The position numbers were made by a program, and so were the translations under genes. From NCBI GenBank assembly GCA_012026655.1, contig JAAILG010000322.1, forward strand, positions 1-64,000: DNA of 64,000 nucleotides, written 5' to 3'. Below, piece after piece: positions 49,249 to 61,400 of the stretch. Within the stretch, counting starts at the first letter, position 1, and every line of letters begins with the position of its first letter. This stretch comes from Hydrolagus affinis. Taxonomy: Eukaryota. The notes under the pieces are model-generated. The model was not told the DNA's origin. It was given only the letters and a program-made list of their open reading frames with translations, and searched no databases.

Positions 49249-50070
49249 AACAACTACAAAATTACATTTGTATAGTACCTTTCACATCGGGAAGCGTCAC
49301 AGGGTGCTGGACAATCAGTGTTTCCGACTCAAGCTGGGGGCCAGGATCGGCGGGGGAGGGGAGAATGAGAGTGATTGGAGGCCCGGTCAAAGAGGAGATT
49401 TGCGAGACTGGTCGTGAAGGCATCAAGCGAGGGAACAAGGCGGAGGAACTATGGGATGGAGTTCTGGAGGGGGCAGAATGGCAGAAGATCTGCCAAATAA
49501 TGGTGGAGTGTACGAGTGGGTCAGGGGTCATGAAGCAGGTTGGAGCCCACTGAGCGGAGTGGGTGGGCAGGTTGGTAGGGCGTTAGAAGATCGCAGAGGT
49601 AGGGAGGAGCAAGGCCATTGAGGGCTTTGAAGGTGAGTACCAGGATCTTGAACTGTATCCTCTGTGTGATGTAATACCAGTGAAGTTGGGTGAGAATGGA
49701 GGTGATAGGGTTGATAGGTTCTGGCTGATCTCCACCCTATGGAAGGAGTTGTTGGGACGGTCAACAAGCAGAGAGTTTACATAGTCGAGGCTGGGTTTTA
49801 TGAATGTCTATTGTGAGACTGTGGCGGAGCCAAGCAACGCTGCAGAGGTGGGGGAAGGCAGAGCGAGGCAATGCACAGATATGGAGTAGAATGGATAGTT
49901 GAGGGTAAAAAAAGACACCAAGATTCTGGACTGGCTTAGCAAGGTGGAGTGTGCATCCATGGATGGTGATGCTGTCAGTGTCTGAGGTGTGGAGGCGCTG
50001 ATGGGAGTCAATCAGCAGGGCCTTGATCTTGTTGATGTTCAACTTCAGAAAGTTAGCTTTCATCCAGGAT
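49249..50070 (-). mobile_element. L2 LINE 3' portion
   Basis: DIKSWMKANFLKLNINKIKALLI..VQNLGVFF..PRLDY-like..IQFKILVLTFKALNGLAPPYLCDLL.., with tail GTGAAAGGTACTATACAAATGTAATTTTGTAGTTGTT. Confidence 0.88.
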
Positions 50071-50935
50071 TTGATGTCTGGCAGAGTGGTGGAAGAGAAG
50101 AGTCTGAAGACGTGTCCTGAAGGAGGCAAGGGAGGGAGCGAGGCACAGGGACTGTCGAATGGAGTTCCAAAGGGTGGAGGCAGAGAGGTTAAAGGCCTGA
50201 CCACCGATTGTGGGGCAGACTGGACTGTGGTTATGGAGCAGGCTGGAGCCAGCTCAGTGGAGGCAGCGGGCAGGTTGATTTGACTTTAGCAGGTAACAGA
50301 GTTAAGAAGGAGCAAGGAAGCAGACGGCTTTAAAGGTGAGGATGAGGACTTTGAACTCTACTCTCCTGGAGTCAAGCGTAGAGGCAGAGAGATAGATTTG
50401 AGTGTCATCCGCATACATGTGGAAGTTGACCCCATGTCCGTGGATGATGTCACCAAAAAGGAGCATATAGATGTTGGAAAAGTGGGGACCGTGGACAGAG
50501 GCCTCTGGAACTCTGCACAAGATGGTGCAGGGGCTAGAGGAGAAGTCGTTTGTGGAGATGCAGTGGAGATGGTGTGAGAGGTAGGATCTGAACCATTCCA
50601 GGACAAAATCATGAAGTTTGAGGTGAGAGGTGTGGAGGGTGGGGTTGGATGGGGTGTGAGAGGTAGATTGATAGTGGTTGATAGGAAAGAGGAAGTTGAG
50701 TGGATCACCTCGTGGCTTCAAGGTAGCCCAGCATCTCCTTGCAGTTAAGAGTTGGAGGCGAGGAAGGGCGAGGCATGAGAGGATGGATGGAGGAGCCGGT
50801 TGTTGATGAAGAGGAGGAGCTTGGATTGTCCTTGGCCTCTAAGATTATCTTGAAGTATGAGGACGGTTTAGCAGATCTGAAGCTTGTGTTTGTAAAATCA
50901 ATCAACCTTGTTAAGATCTAGTTAAAATGCATGGA
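50071..50935 (-). mobile_element. Internally deleted L2 LINE derivative
   Basis: YFKIILEAKDNP.., then LEWFRSYLS..RVPEASVHGP..GDIIHGHGVNFHMYADDTQIYLSASTLDS|RRVEFKVLILTFKA..GGQAFNLSASTLWNS..LQTLLF. Confidence 0.85.
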
Positions 50936-52457
50936 GTGGGAGAAGAGGGCAAATTTCCACAACTGAGAATCATCTTTGTCCATGGAAGATTTGAAGAGTT
51001 GTCCTGGCAACTAATTCTGTGATGAACTCATCAGGTGTTAAGACTTTCAGCTCAAAGGATTCATCCTTTAGTTGAATTTCAGTTTAGCCTCTGAGTGTAG
51101 GAGCAGTAAGGAATCAGACAGATTGATTTTCTGTGGAGATGAGAATTACAAATTCTAACTGGACCATATCTAGATTGGCCTTTTATGAGTTCTAGAGACA
51201 TCCGCATTGATTCCAGTTGGGTCTAAATTATTGTAATCATTAATGTCATCTTATTTGCTTCCTTCCTCTTCTTGGCTCAAAATGTTAGGAGTTCAGGTTC
51301 GATGTTGGGAATTTGCATTCAAAGTCTTGACTAACACTGGTTTAGAAGTGGAGAGCGTTGAAAAGTCAGAAGAGCCAGTCTTCAAATGAGACATTAAACA
51401 AAATAGGCACAAAGTAAATGTTGACTGAGTATAGAGGACTTTTAGAGAAATTCCATCTTCTTTCCAAATAATACCAAAAGATGTTTAATAGACCTGGACA
51501 GACATCCGTTTAATGCGTTCTTCACTGGCTTCCCATCTCTGAAAAGTTCAATTTACAGAGAATTTCACAACCTGGGTCCTGGCCAGAAAGGTCTCATGGA
51601 GCCAGTTCTTACTAAGCTTCACTTGTTCCCAGTTCCACAGCATACCAATTTGAAAATTCTCATTTTGAACGTCCTCCATTGCTGCCCTATTACTGTAATC
51701 TTCAGTTTTCTGCATTAACAATGGAGCATGAACCTTCAGCCATCATACTTCTGCCCCTTGGAATTCTTTATGAAATTTATTTTCTGCCTCTGTATACAGT
51801 ACTATCAAACAAATGTTCTAAAAACATCACTTTTATCATACGTTCAGTAGCCTCTGCATTTCTCCCACTTCCTGCTCAGTATCCATTGTGCTGTATAGTT
51901 GGGTTATTTTAATATTTGAACAGTTGTATATAAATAAGCACTCCAGGATACAGCCCCATATGAAGGGTGCTATATAAATGCAAGTTGTTTTTGTTGTAAA
52001 TGCACATTCGTGTTCATAGAACCAGTCCAGCCCGACGAAAAAAAGGTTTGAAATGGTAGAGAGAAATGTTGTCATATGTCCTGCATGTACAAATGTTGTT
52101 TTATTTTTTTAAATATTATTTATTATTTTACACTACATTTCTTCAACTAGTCTTCATTGCAGTATGGATTGAGTAAGTAGGGGGTAAAAGACAGTTACAG
52201 GGGGACCCATGGTGTTTCCTGAAAATAGCAGGAATATGGGAAGCAGATTCCGATGAACAGTATTCCTATCATTTGTTTTAAACAGTAAAAAGTGATATAT
52301 ATCTCCCCTCAACCAAACTAGAATTTTTTTTTGTATAGAGGGCAAGTTGAATTTCAAGTACAAATCATTACCACGTGTATTGCAGGTACCAATATCAGCC
52401 CATTTCATTCAATCTTGCCCTTCCATTCTAGAAATCCAATTTACAGAGCATAGGAAG

Positions 52458-52740
52458 TTTAGAGCACTCACCTTGCAACTGAGAGGTTTGATTCCTGGCA
52501 AAACATTGGGCAGGTTTGCTTACTCCACAGTCCTGATAATAACCCCTGAAGAAAAAAAAACCATAATAAATTAGTCATTTCAATCCACAAGTGTTGGTGG
52601 GACACTGCTGTGCTTAATTGGCTGCCACGTTTCTCCCACAAATATACAGTCAATTTACTCTACAGTGTATTCTATGAAGCGCTTTGGGACGTCTAGAAGA
52701 AGTAAATAGTGCTATATCAAATGCAAGGATTATTTTATTA
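52458..52740 (+). mobile_element. SINE family A, 5'-eroded
   Basis: TTAGAGCACTCACCTTGCAA..GGTTTGATTCCTGGCA..TTGGGCAGGTTTGCTTACTCCACA..GCTATATCAAATGCAAGGATTAT. Confidence 0.85.
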
Positions 52741-52964
52741 CGTTTGCTGTAGCTCTGTAGAGCACATAAAATAGAACTACACCTAGGAGCTAGTGGTGGT
52801 GGGGGAGGGCGATTGAAGAGAGCAGAAAGTGGTGCGCTGTGTTGACATTATTTCTTTATGTTAGATGACAAAAACAAACAACTATTCACCTTAATCCTAA
52901 TATTGAAATGGATAAAAATAAGACTGTACTGCACATATATAGAAGGTATCTAATTATTTGTCTA

Positions 52965-53502
52965 TTAAAGTTATTTGTCGGCCTTCCTAACTCCTCTCTC
53001 TGTAGGCTGCAGGTCATCCAGAACTCTGCAGCCCATGTCCTCTCCCGCAACTATCTCCGCAACCCAATCACCCCCATTCTCAGCCAACTCCATTGGCTTT
53101 CCATCACCTAGAGGATTCAATTAAAGATCTTGGTCCTCACATTTAAAGCCCTCAATGGCCTTGCTCCACCCTACCTCTGCAACCTCCTAACACCCCAGCA
53201 ACTTGCCACCTCCATCCGCTCATGTCCCCTGACCCATCCACCCCGCCATCGGCGAGTGAGCCTTCAGCCACTCTGCCCCTAATCTCTGGAATTCCATCCC
53301 TCATCCCTCTTCCTAGCCTCCTTCAAGTCCCACCTCAAAATCCTCCTCTTCAATGGTCCCATTAGACATCCAAAATGCCCTCCTTTCCCTCCACCCTCCC
53401 AGATCCCGACCCCAGCTCGGGTTTGAAACACTGACTGTCCAATGCATTGAGACGACCTCCCAACATGAAAGCTGCTTTACAACTGTAATTTTGTTGTTGT
53501 TC
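52965..53502 (+). mobile_element. L2 LINE 3' end
   Basis: LFVGLPNSSLCRLQVIQNSAAHVL..PITPILSQLHWL..KILVLTFKALNGLAPPYL..AFSHSAPNLWNS, with tail GTAATTTTGTTGTTGTT. Confidence 0.9.
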
Positions 53503-54695
53503 CTGTATAGAATCAAATTGTTATTTAAATAAAAGTCATTTTTAATTATGGAGGACCATATCTCTATGTACCAGTAGACCTTAGAATTAGCTTGTACTTG
53601 TACGATGAGAATGGTGCAATGCTGCCGGTTTCAATGTTAATTTGAAAAATTGCTGTATAACTAACACACGCGGATTTCATGGCCTGATTACATTGTCCAG
53701 CACTGCAAAACAAATTGCATCAAGATTCTTGCACTATATCTATATATGTCAGAGTGCTAAAGTCATTTTAAATTCAAGTTAGTTTTTTATTCCTTTATAA
53801 TGGGAAGTGTAAATGTTGTTTTAGTGTTAATCAGCATAATATCCATAGATTTTGAGATGCACAGCGATAATATCCAATGTTTGCATTGGGCTTCTGTTAA
53901 CAAGCAGTGTTAATATAAGCAAGTCCAGAGTGATTGAAAAATTAAGTTGCATAAAATTATTATTTTCAACTCATTTCAACCACAACACAACAGCATTTAA
54001 CTGTCACTTGTTATTTATACAGTTAGTATAAGGTAAAACCATCGTGCTGTGTTCAAATCTGGCTGTAAGCATCATCCTGACTCACTAACTATAAAAAATT
54101 TGACTTTATGATTTTCTGTATTTCTATATACAGTATGTGGATTACAGTCACGCCTGTATATTTTGTGAAGCTTATAATCACAGAGGATAAAACAGATTGC
54201 AATATATCTACTAATAAACTGTACAATGTTTCAGTGTGATTTACTGCAAAGTTACAATTCCTGATAAGTGAATAAATAATATACACTGATTATGACAAAT
54301 GTTGGCAATCAACAGTGGATCCCAAATCAGTAGAATCCTTTTATGAACACCAGCATGTTTCAAGGACTTAATCTTTGCTGTCAGCTGCTACCAGTATAAA
54401 TACATCTCAAACATGGAACTAAAAACACCTTTTTTTAAAAAAAAAGACTGAATAAGGTTGAAATCAATTTTTCATGTATAGATAACTATTATAAACTGCT
54501 CTCACTGCTTTGTCACATTTTAGGATGTCATGTGAAACTAGCCTTATAACACATTCCCAAATATCTAGTCTGCAGACTTTATTTTTATTGCGACTCTGCA
54601 AAATTGACGAAAGCTGTTTACAATAGCTTGAAGGTGAATTTTTATAAGTAAAATTTAACAGATGTGTAATGAATTTTCTTTTCCATTAATCTCAG

Positions 54696-54866
54696 GTGCC
54701 AATTATTGTGCCCTGCCACCGAGTGATCTGCAACGATGGACAGATTGGTAATTATATGGGAGGAAAAGGAAATCACCTCAAACAATGGCTACTGACACAT
54801 GAGAAGCTCCTGACAGAGAGCCGAGGAACATTTCAGGGACTTTGTCCAATCCTGCCACACAGCTAG
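54696..54866 (+). CDS. MGMT: MGMT terminal coding exon with catalytic PCHR motif
   Basis: TTTTCTTTTCCATTAATCTCAG acceptor, phase 0. Encodes VPIIVPCHRVICNDGQIGNYMGGKGNHLKQWLLTHEKLLTESRGTFQGLCPILPHS* (human [35 protein letters not shown]). TAG at 54864-54866. Absent from the ORF track. Confidence 0.97.
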   Translation: MPIIVPCHRVICNDGQIGNYMGGKGNHLKQWLLTHEKLLTESRGTFQGLCPILPHS

Positions 54867-54888
54867 AGCGCCTGCTGATGATACTCTG

Positions 54889-54894
54889 AATAAA
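54889..54894 (+). terminator. Putative MGMT polyadenylation signal AATAAA
   Basis: Canonical hexamer 22 nt after the stop, followed by U/GU-rich sequence. Confidence 0.6.
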
Positions 54895-55149
54895 ACAAGC
54901 TCTTAACACATTCACTATTATTTAGGGAATTTGTAAATATTTGAGTGATTTAAAAAGATAAAGGAAATTTGAGCGTCAGATATGTGGTGGCACCACTACT
55001 ATATTAAAAAGGCTGTATGCATCCTGAGGGACTCTGCGTGTATGGCCTTTCTTGTTTTTACATTTTACAGAAGAATGACTACAGAGGACTGTGCCTGTTA
55101 TGTATATATTTTGTTCCCATCTATAGCCTTTTTGTTCTATTTTTAATGC

Positions 55150-55420
55150 CCATTAAAGCAAGGATAAGGGAATGGGAGGGGCATGGCAAATGTTAGGTGC
55201 AACTGCCCCTGGAAGGAAGCATCTGGCTCACAGAGGGGACAGCCAATAGTCTGGAGCTTGCGTGTTACTGGGAGCAAAATGAAATCCTGAGGCTTCAGCA
55301 CACACCTCCTTATTCCTGCATTGCATTGAATTTGTCCAGCTTGGAAAACTGTACCTCAGCCAAATTACTGTCAAATGAGTGGCCTGCTCGCTTTGATGTT
55401 TGAGCTGTTGAAATATTTCT
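55150..55420. promoter_or_regulatory. Candidate conserved non-coding element downstream of MGMT
   Basis: Unique sequence with TGTCA (55369) and CTTTGATG (55391). Confidence 0.3.
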
Positions 55421-55779
55421 TTTCATAAACACTTTTGACAAAACGGTCACAAAATCATTCATTTTTTTTGCTCCAGAAATAGATTCGTCATTGTTACGAT
55501 TTGATTATTGCCCTTCAGTTTTTATTGAATACAGGTATAAAATGCAACAAATGCAATTTTCAGGGGGAGGGATGGGGGGTGGTGGTTTGGGGAGGGGATT
55601 CTTTTCTAATAATTATTTCAGAAATTGTAAAACAAAATTAAACTTTCCCTATGTAGTACATGTGAATTCTGAATTTTTTAGTAACCATAACTTGCTTGCT
55701 GCTTAAGTGTAGAGAGACTATACCTGTTTAGTTAGCAAGAGGCGATTTCAACCATAATAATAGAATATTGGCTCAAGCT

Positions 55780-56350
55780 ATCGTTCTGGGATGAGGGATG
55801 GATCACTGATATGAGCTGCATCTTGGAGTAACATTCTAAAGACCGTGATTTCAAATGTTAAGTCAAGTAAATAAATGGTGTTTTTTGGGCTAGGATTGTT
55901 TTTTTTCCATGGGAATAATTTTTTTGGTTCAATGTTTGGGTCACAGAAAGGAAGAGAGAGAGAGAGTTCGCAGTGCAACTCTCTTTTCCCACTGAAGACA
56001 ATGTTTGAGCAATGGCACTTATCCTGCCCAGAGGCCATTTCATGCTCCCATTTGCTCCCATTGTTAGTCACTGAGAACACATGCAAGGATGTGATATAAT
56101 TAGTACATTCTGAACAGAAATAAAATGGAAAAATAAAACCGGGCAGTGCAGTTTGGGAAAATAAAGCAAAGCTGCTACTGTTGCATAACCACATATTATG
56201 TCAAATGTGATTAATCACAGAATAATCAATTAAAGGTCACAAGCTACCACAATTTTTCATCAGCTTGCAGCTCTTCCTTTAACAACTTAACTTACCATCA
56301 AAATAAAAGGAGAACAGATGAGTTACTCCCTGCCATACATTTGAAACAGC
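55780..56350. promoter_or_regulatory. Candidate conserved non-coding element
   Basis: EBF-like TTTCCATGGGAAT (about 55904-55916), perfect palindrome TGTGATTAATCACA (56206-56219), TAATCAATTAAAGGTCA. Confidence 0.4.
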
Positions 56351-57219
56351 AAAAGTTCAAACTGTTACAGAGACCGAAAGTGAAAATGTTTTAAATCATA
56401 TTAATGGATGAGACTATTTTTTGTTTGGCTATTTTCATGGCAGGAACACACATATGGAATAGAAACTGGTTTCTGTTCCCACACAAATCCGAGTTTAATA
56501 CTACCAGTTATAGGAACGCAACAGATTTTACATTGCATTTTAGTTTTAATATGATGCTATAGGATATTCATTGTGGCATATGCCTTGGGATAACAAGCAA
56601 GTTCAACTATCAGAAATGACATTATAATGGAAATAGAATATTCCTATCCATAGAAATCAAGGTACATAAGATAGTGGGTAATGTTTAAAAATGCTGGTAT
56701 CCTGAGGCCAATTACACAATGTAACATATGTGTCCCAAACAATTAAAGACATTCACTATTTTGCCACACAAAGAAATTAAGTAGCACTGACACAGGTAAG
56801 CATGGAAATGCTGAATTTACACCATTAAAATTGAGTTTGTGTAAACTATTAAGATGCAATTATTAAGATAGTTAGGCAACACTTAAATGCATTGATGTAA
56901 TCACATTGTGTGTTTGGGATGGCATTTGTTTTATTATGTAACATTTTGCAAGTTTTTGTTCCCTTTGTTGTTAAAATAGAAATCTTCAATGTTTTCACTT
57001 GTAACGCAGACCATTTGATATTGAGAATTTTGGTTTGGGGAAACGGTTTTAACATAATATACTGTACTCTCATTCAACTGATAATTTGTTATGATAGTTT
57101 CTCAAATAAAAGACAACTTTGACTTATAAACATGTCATTTGCTTTTCAGTCTCATTTCAGTCCACACTTTCTTCTGCTGACACATTAAGAATGGTATAGG
57201 CTCCGTGAGTCTTGCTCTT

Positions 57220-57235
57220 CCAATAGAGGGCAGTA
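57220..57235 (+). promoter_or_regulatory. Putative CTCF site
   Basis: CCAATAGAGGGCAGTA, one mismatch to CCASYAGRKGGCRS. Confidence 0.4.
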
Positions 57236-58240
57236 GAGTTTAGTGGAATTACATTACAAACCAGAATATACTCACAGCGGGTAGCTTTACTCTCAATTAT
57301 TTCAGTTTTAACCTACAACTAGAACATAGAATAGCTCAGCAGAAATTTACAAACTGATTTATGTTGCGTATTTGCAGACAAACTGCGTCACAAGCTAGTT
57401 TCTTTTGTATGCAATGGGGGTTGTTTTCAGCAGTTACACATACAGAGAGAGGAACTTGCAGCAGTCAGTAAGATGAAGAATGGCCCTTCTTTACCCACTG
57501 ATTTCTGATATTGCTAATGATGCCCAGGCTGCAGACTGGAGTGAGCGCTAATGAAGGGTGCTATGACACGAGAACCTCTTGGGGTTCTATTTAAAAAGAG
57601 AGGCAAATCTGCACTGCCACTTAGGTGTACTTCCAGCGTGCCCTCTTCAACCATTATTGCTGATTTTTTTTTAACATTGTACATTATTTGGCATGATGAT
57701 CATCCATGATGAAATACTTAACTCTCGTGTGAAACTGCAAGGTGGTAGAGGAGCTAATGGTGATTTTGTTAGTCCAATTGTTGAAAGAAAGCAATGTCCT
57801 TCAGCCCTGGATTTGGGTTCCAGTGACCTATCAGATTTCCTCCCCTTCAGTCTTCCAGTGCTTTGAACTGCTGACATTGAGACACTGTGTAGTCAGGCAC
57901 GACAGCTGTTTCTGCATCATCTAATACCCACACATGCTGTTTTAGAGCATTTTGAGAATGAAAGATAATCAAAGATTCAAAAATAATATTTGTTTTGGCG
58001 GAGTTTTCTCTACAATGAAAAGAGATGCCCTCGACCGGATGGGGAAACTGGATTTGGAGAGAGTGCGGAGCTTATTGGATGTGCTGCATGTTAAGGTTGC
58101 AAATAATTCTGAATATTTTCAGTGAAAGCTGCTAAATAGTTAAAATAGAGGACAACTATGTACTTTTTTAGTGTGATAAATCAGTTCATTTACTAAACAT
58201 ATATATATTGACCTTAGCATACTAATCATATTTTGCTTAG

Positions 58241-58418
58241 TTACTCCACATGCCTAATGATAATCCCTCAAAAAAAATTGTTCATTTCAATCCACGAGTG
58301 TTTGTGGGACATATATATATACAGTCAATTCACTTTACAGTATATTCTGTGAAGCGCTTTGAGATGTCTAGAAGACCTAAAAAGTGCTATATCAAATGCA
58401 ACGATTATTATTATTGTT
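58241..58418 (+). mobile_element. SINE family A 3' half
   Basis: TTACTCCACATGCCTAATGATAATCCCTC..GTTTGTGGGACA..GAAGCGCTTTGAGATGTCTAGAAGAC..(ATT)n. Confidence 0.85.
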
Positions 58419-61400
58419 AGTTATAATCATTCCTTGGGTAGAAAATTATATCATATTTTGATCCTAGCTGGATGCAACATTAAAGGTGGAGAGGGGAGAA
58501 TGTTTTTAGGGTGAAGGAGGAAGAAAATTTAAGAAGGTCTTGGGTCACACATCAGCAGTCCCCAGCAACACCAACGCTTCCTGTCCATGGTGCAGTATCA
58601 CAAATGGCTATTAAGATGTCCATGATCCCCTGCCTCCTCCTCTTCACAACCAGGGTTCACAGCCTGGAAGGCCACAAAGGGAATGAAGAAGAGATCGAAA
58701 TCCATTATAATCATGTTAAAAAATATATACGCATACTTAGTTTATACCAATGTTTGTGTTAAGCTTGTGTTACATTTCGTTTGGATTCAAAACATTCTTT
58801 TTATGACCTATGTACTATTTTTCTGGAGGGTTTTCTCACAAAAGCAAACTGTAATGTAACCTCCATAAATTTTGATAGCTTTTGTACTGAATAAATGATA
58901 CCCGGTCACGTCCTAAGATAAATAATACATTTCCAGTGATAGGTACGGTACTACTTTGAAAGTAAAGTAGGACATACACATTTATGAAGTCATTTATAAC
59001 TTAGCGGTGGGAGGAGGGGTATGTTTTCACTAAGCCCATAAGTTAGGACTGTTCTCAAAATGTACACAAAGGTATCAATTATTAACATGTAACTTGCTAT
59101 TGTGCTGACTTGGCTCATAGATTTGACAAGAATCCTATACTGTTTGCTTCCGATTAATAAGAAAAATCTATTGTAGCCATACTTTCCTCACTAACAAACC
59201 TGTGAAGTGAGTACGTGGTGACAGCACATCATTGCACACAGATCCAGGAGAATGGCAAAGTTAGCAAAGACAGCACAACTTTCCTTATAATATCCTAAAA
59301 TGGTGACTCTTTTGGGGTATTCAGTTACAGGCACTAATATTTCATTGACACCAACATTTTTCTTCTTGTTGCTGGTAAATATTTTCATTCTATCGCAAAT
59401 TTCTAAGAATGTTAAGGCTTGAACACAATGTGGGAAAGTGGTTGCGGTTATTTTAGCTGCATCCAAATTTAGAGATAAAGTGGATAGTTTTTTAAGCAGC
59501 TATTTTGAATCTTTTTAATGCTATTGCATATTTGTACCTTTTTTTTCCAGAGTCTGATTGATATGTTTGGCCAGAACAGGCTCTAGTCTGTATGAAACTC
59601 TGTAGAGGTGGTAGTAAAATACTTAAGTAGAGGCTAAGTAGTGGAGAAATTGCAGGTACTGATGTGTCTTTAAGTGACTGAGGGCAGTAGTCCAAAGTCT
59701 TCTGGACCAAGTGGCACCAGCTGCAGACAGATGGAGCATGTCTGGGCTCCATCACCCTCAGGTCTGCAGCAGACAAGAATCTATATATTAGGGTGGGAAA
59801 GTGGATAAGAAAATAAGAAATGGCCAATCTGCTGTAAGGTGAAAATTGAAATGCTCACAGCATTGGAAATGATTTATGAATGATTATTGTTAACCACGCT
59901 TCAAAGTTTTACATTGACTGTCGTATCATTTAAAAGCGATGCAGGAGAAAATGTCACATGCAGAGATTAAGATCAATCACATACAGTACTGCATACAAGC
60001 AGGAGTCTGAAGTATTTACAAAGTGTTCTGTTTTCTTTCTTTTTGAATACACTCATTCTCCTATTATAATTGATTTCAATGTTCTTCCAACAGAAAAAAA
60101 TGTTCTCCAGACCCATTTTCCTTTTGCCATCGACGATTAAACTCTCCATTGGCATTTTGGGTAAAAACATTATCCCTCGATTTTATATTTTATTGTTACT
60201 GCAGAAATGAGCACTTACCCATATATTGTTTGTATTTTCCTAATCTCTGTTTACTCTGTATTATGGTTAGTAAAAATAGTTACCCAGTCAAGCTGTTACT
60301 GATATGTTACAGTACTACTAATAAAATTCATCCATGTGTATGAAACTATAATTCATTGTTCCCTACACGTGCTTCCACTGAAGTCACAGAAATGCATGAG
60401 ACCAATAGCACAACAGGTTTTGAAGCCTCACCACAGTTGAACCTAAAGCACCAACGTTGGTTTATTGAACAATGTAAAATAGTTCAATATAATTTTCAGC
60501 ATTCACTACTTGAAAATCATTTTGCTTTATCCACTACTTCCACTTTGAAACTCTAATTGGTTTATAATGAATGCAAAATGCCCTGAAAAATCATTCACTT
60601 TTGTGGTGCTCATGAAAAACTCACAAACCTCCTAATGCAGTTTCCTCTGTTTATTATCTGAGGTGTTAGTAATGTGCCCATTGCCCAAGAAAGTGATGCG
60701 TAACTGCAGTGCATCTAAGAACAATATCTAACCGCAGTTCATTCCCACTTAATGACCCACATCTTTTAAAGACGGCAACCACGTAATAAATAAAGCATTG
60801 CAACATCGGTGACTAGTTCTGGAGGTTGTTTACAAAGCACATCATAAATCATGAGCTCATTTTTTTTATTCCTGAGACGTTAACTCACGATCCATCGTCT
60901 TTTGTACACTAACCTTAACTATACCAGCCTACTTGAGAGTTTGCAGTTCAATGCTTTGGATGGTGAAACCTAGAGGCAATTTTTATTTTATGCCAGTTTC
61001 GAAAACCCATTCACAAAATGCAGACATGTCGTCCTTTAGGCTGATACAATACTGCATACAAGCGTGGGTGCAGAATAAACACCAATCCGAATGACATTGG
61101 GTTTATCCCTGTCAGATCAACAAAGCTGACACCACAATACAGAAGCCTGCAGCCACACCAGCATCCAGTATATATCACATTATTATTGTAGTTGTTGCCC
61201 TTTGGTTCATCTTCCCAGCAACAGACTATAATATCTTAGCTGAGCTTGTAGAGAGGTAACTGGAGGAGATGGTGCCCACCATTTCATTCTTGTCCCTATA
61301 AATTGTAACCATTGTAGGCTGTTTGCAATGATGTCAATCAATAACAGCATGTAGTTTACACAAACATTAGCCAAAATGGATAATTCATGCTATTCACCCA

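Noticed and set aside
50302-50721. ORF with YADD as an active reverse transcriptase (retron/DGR-like system)
   Set aside because: It is a decayed, internally deleted vertebrate L2 RT with stops and frameshifts around it.
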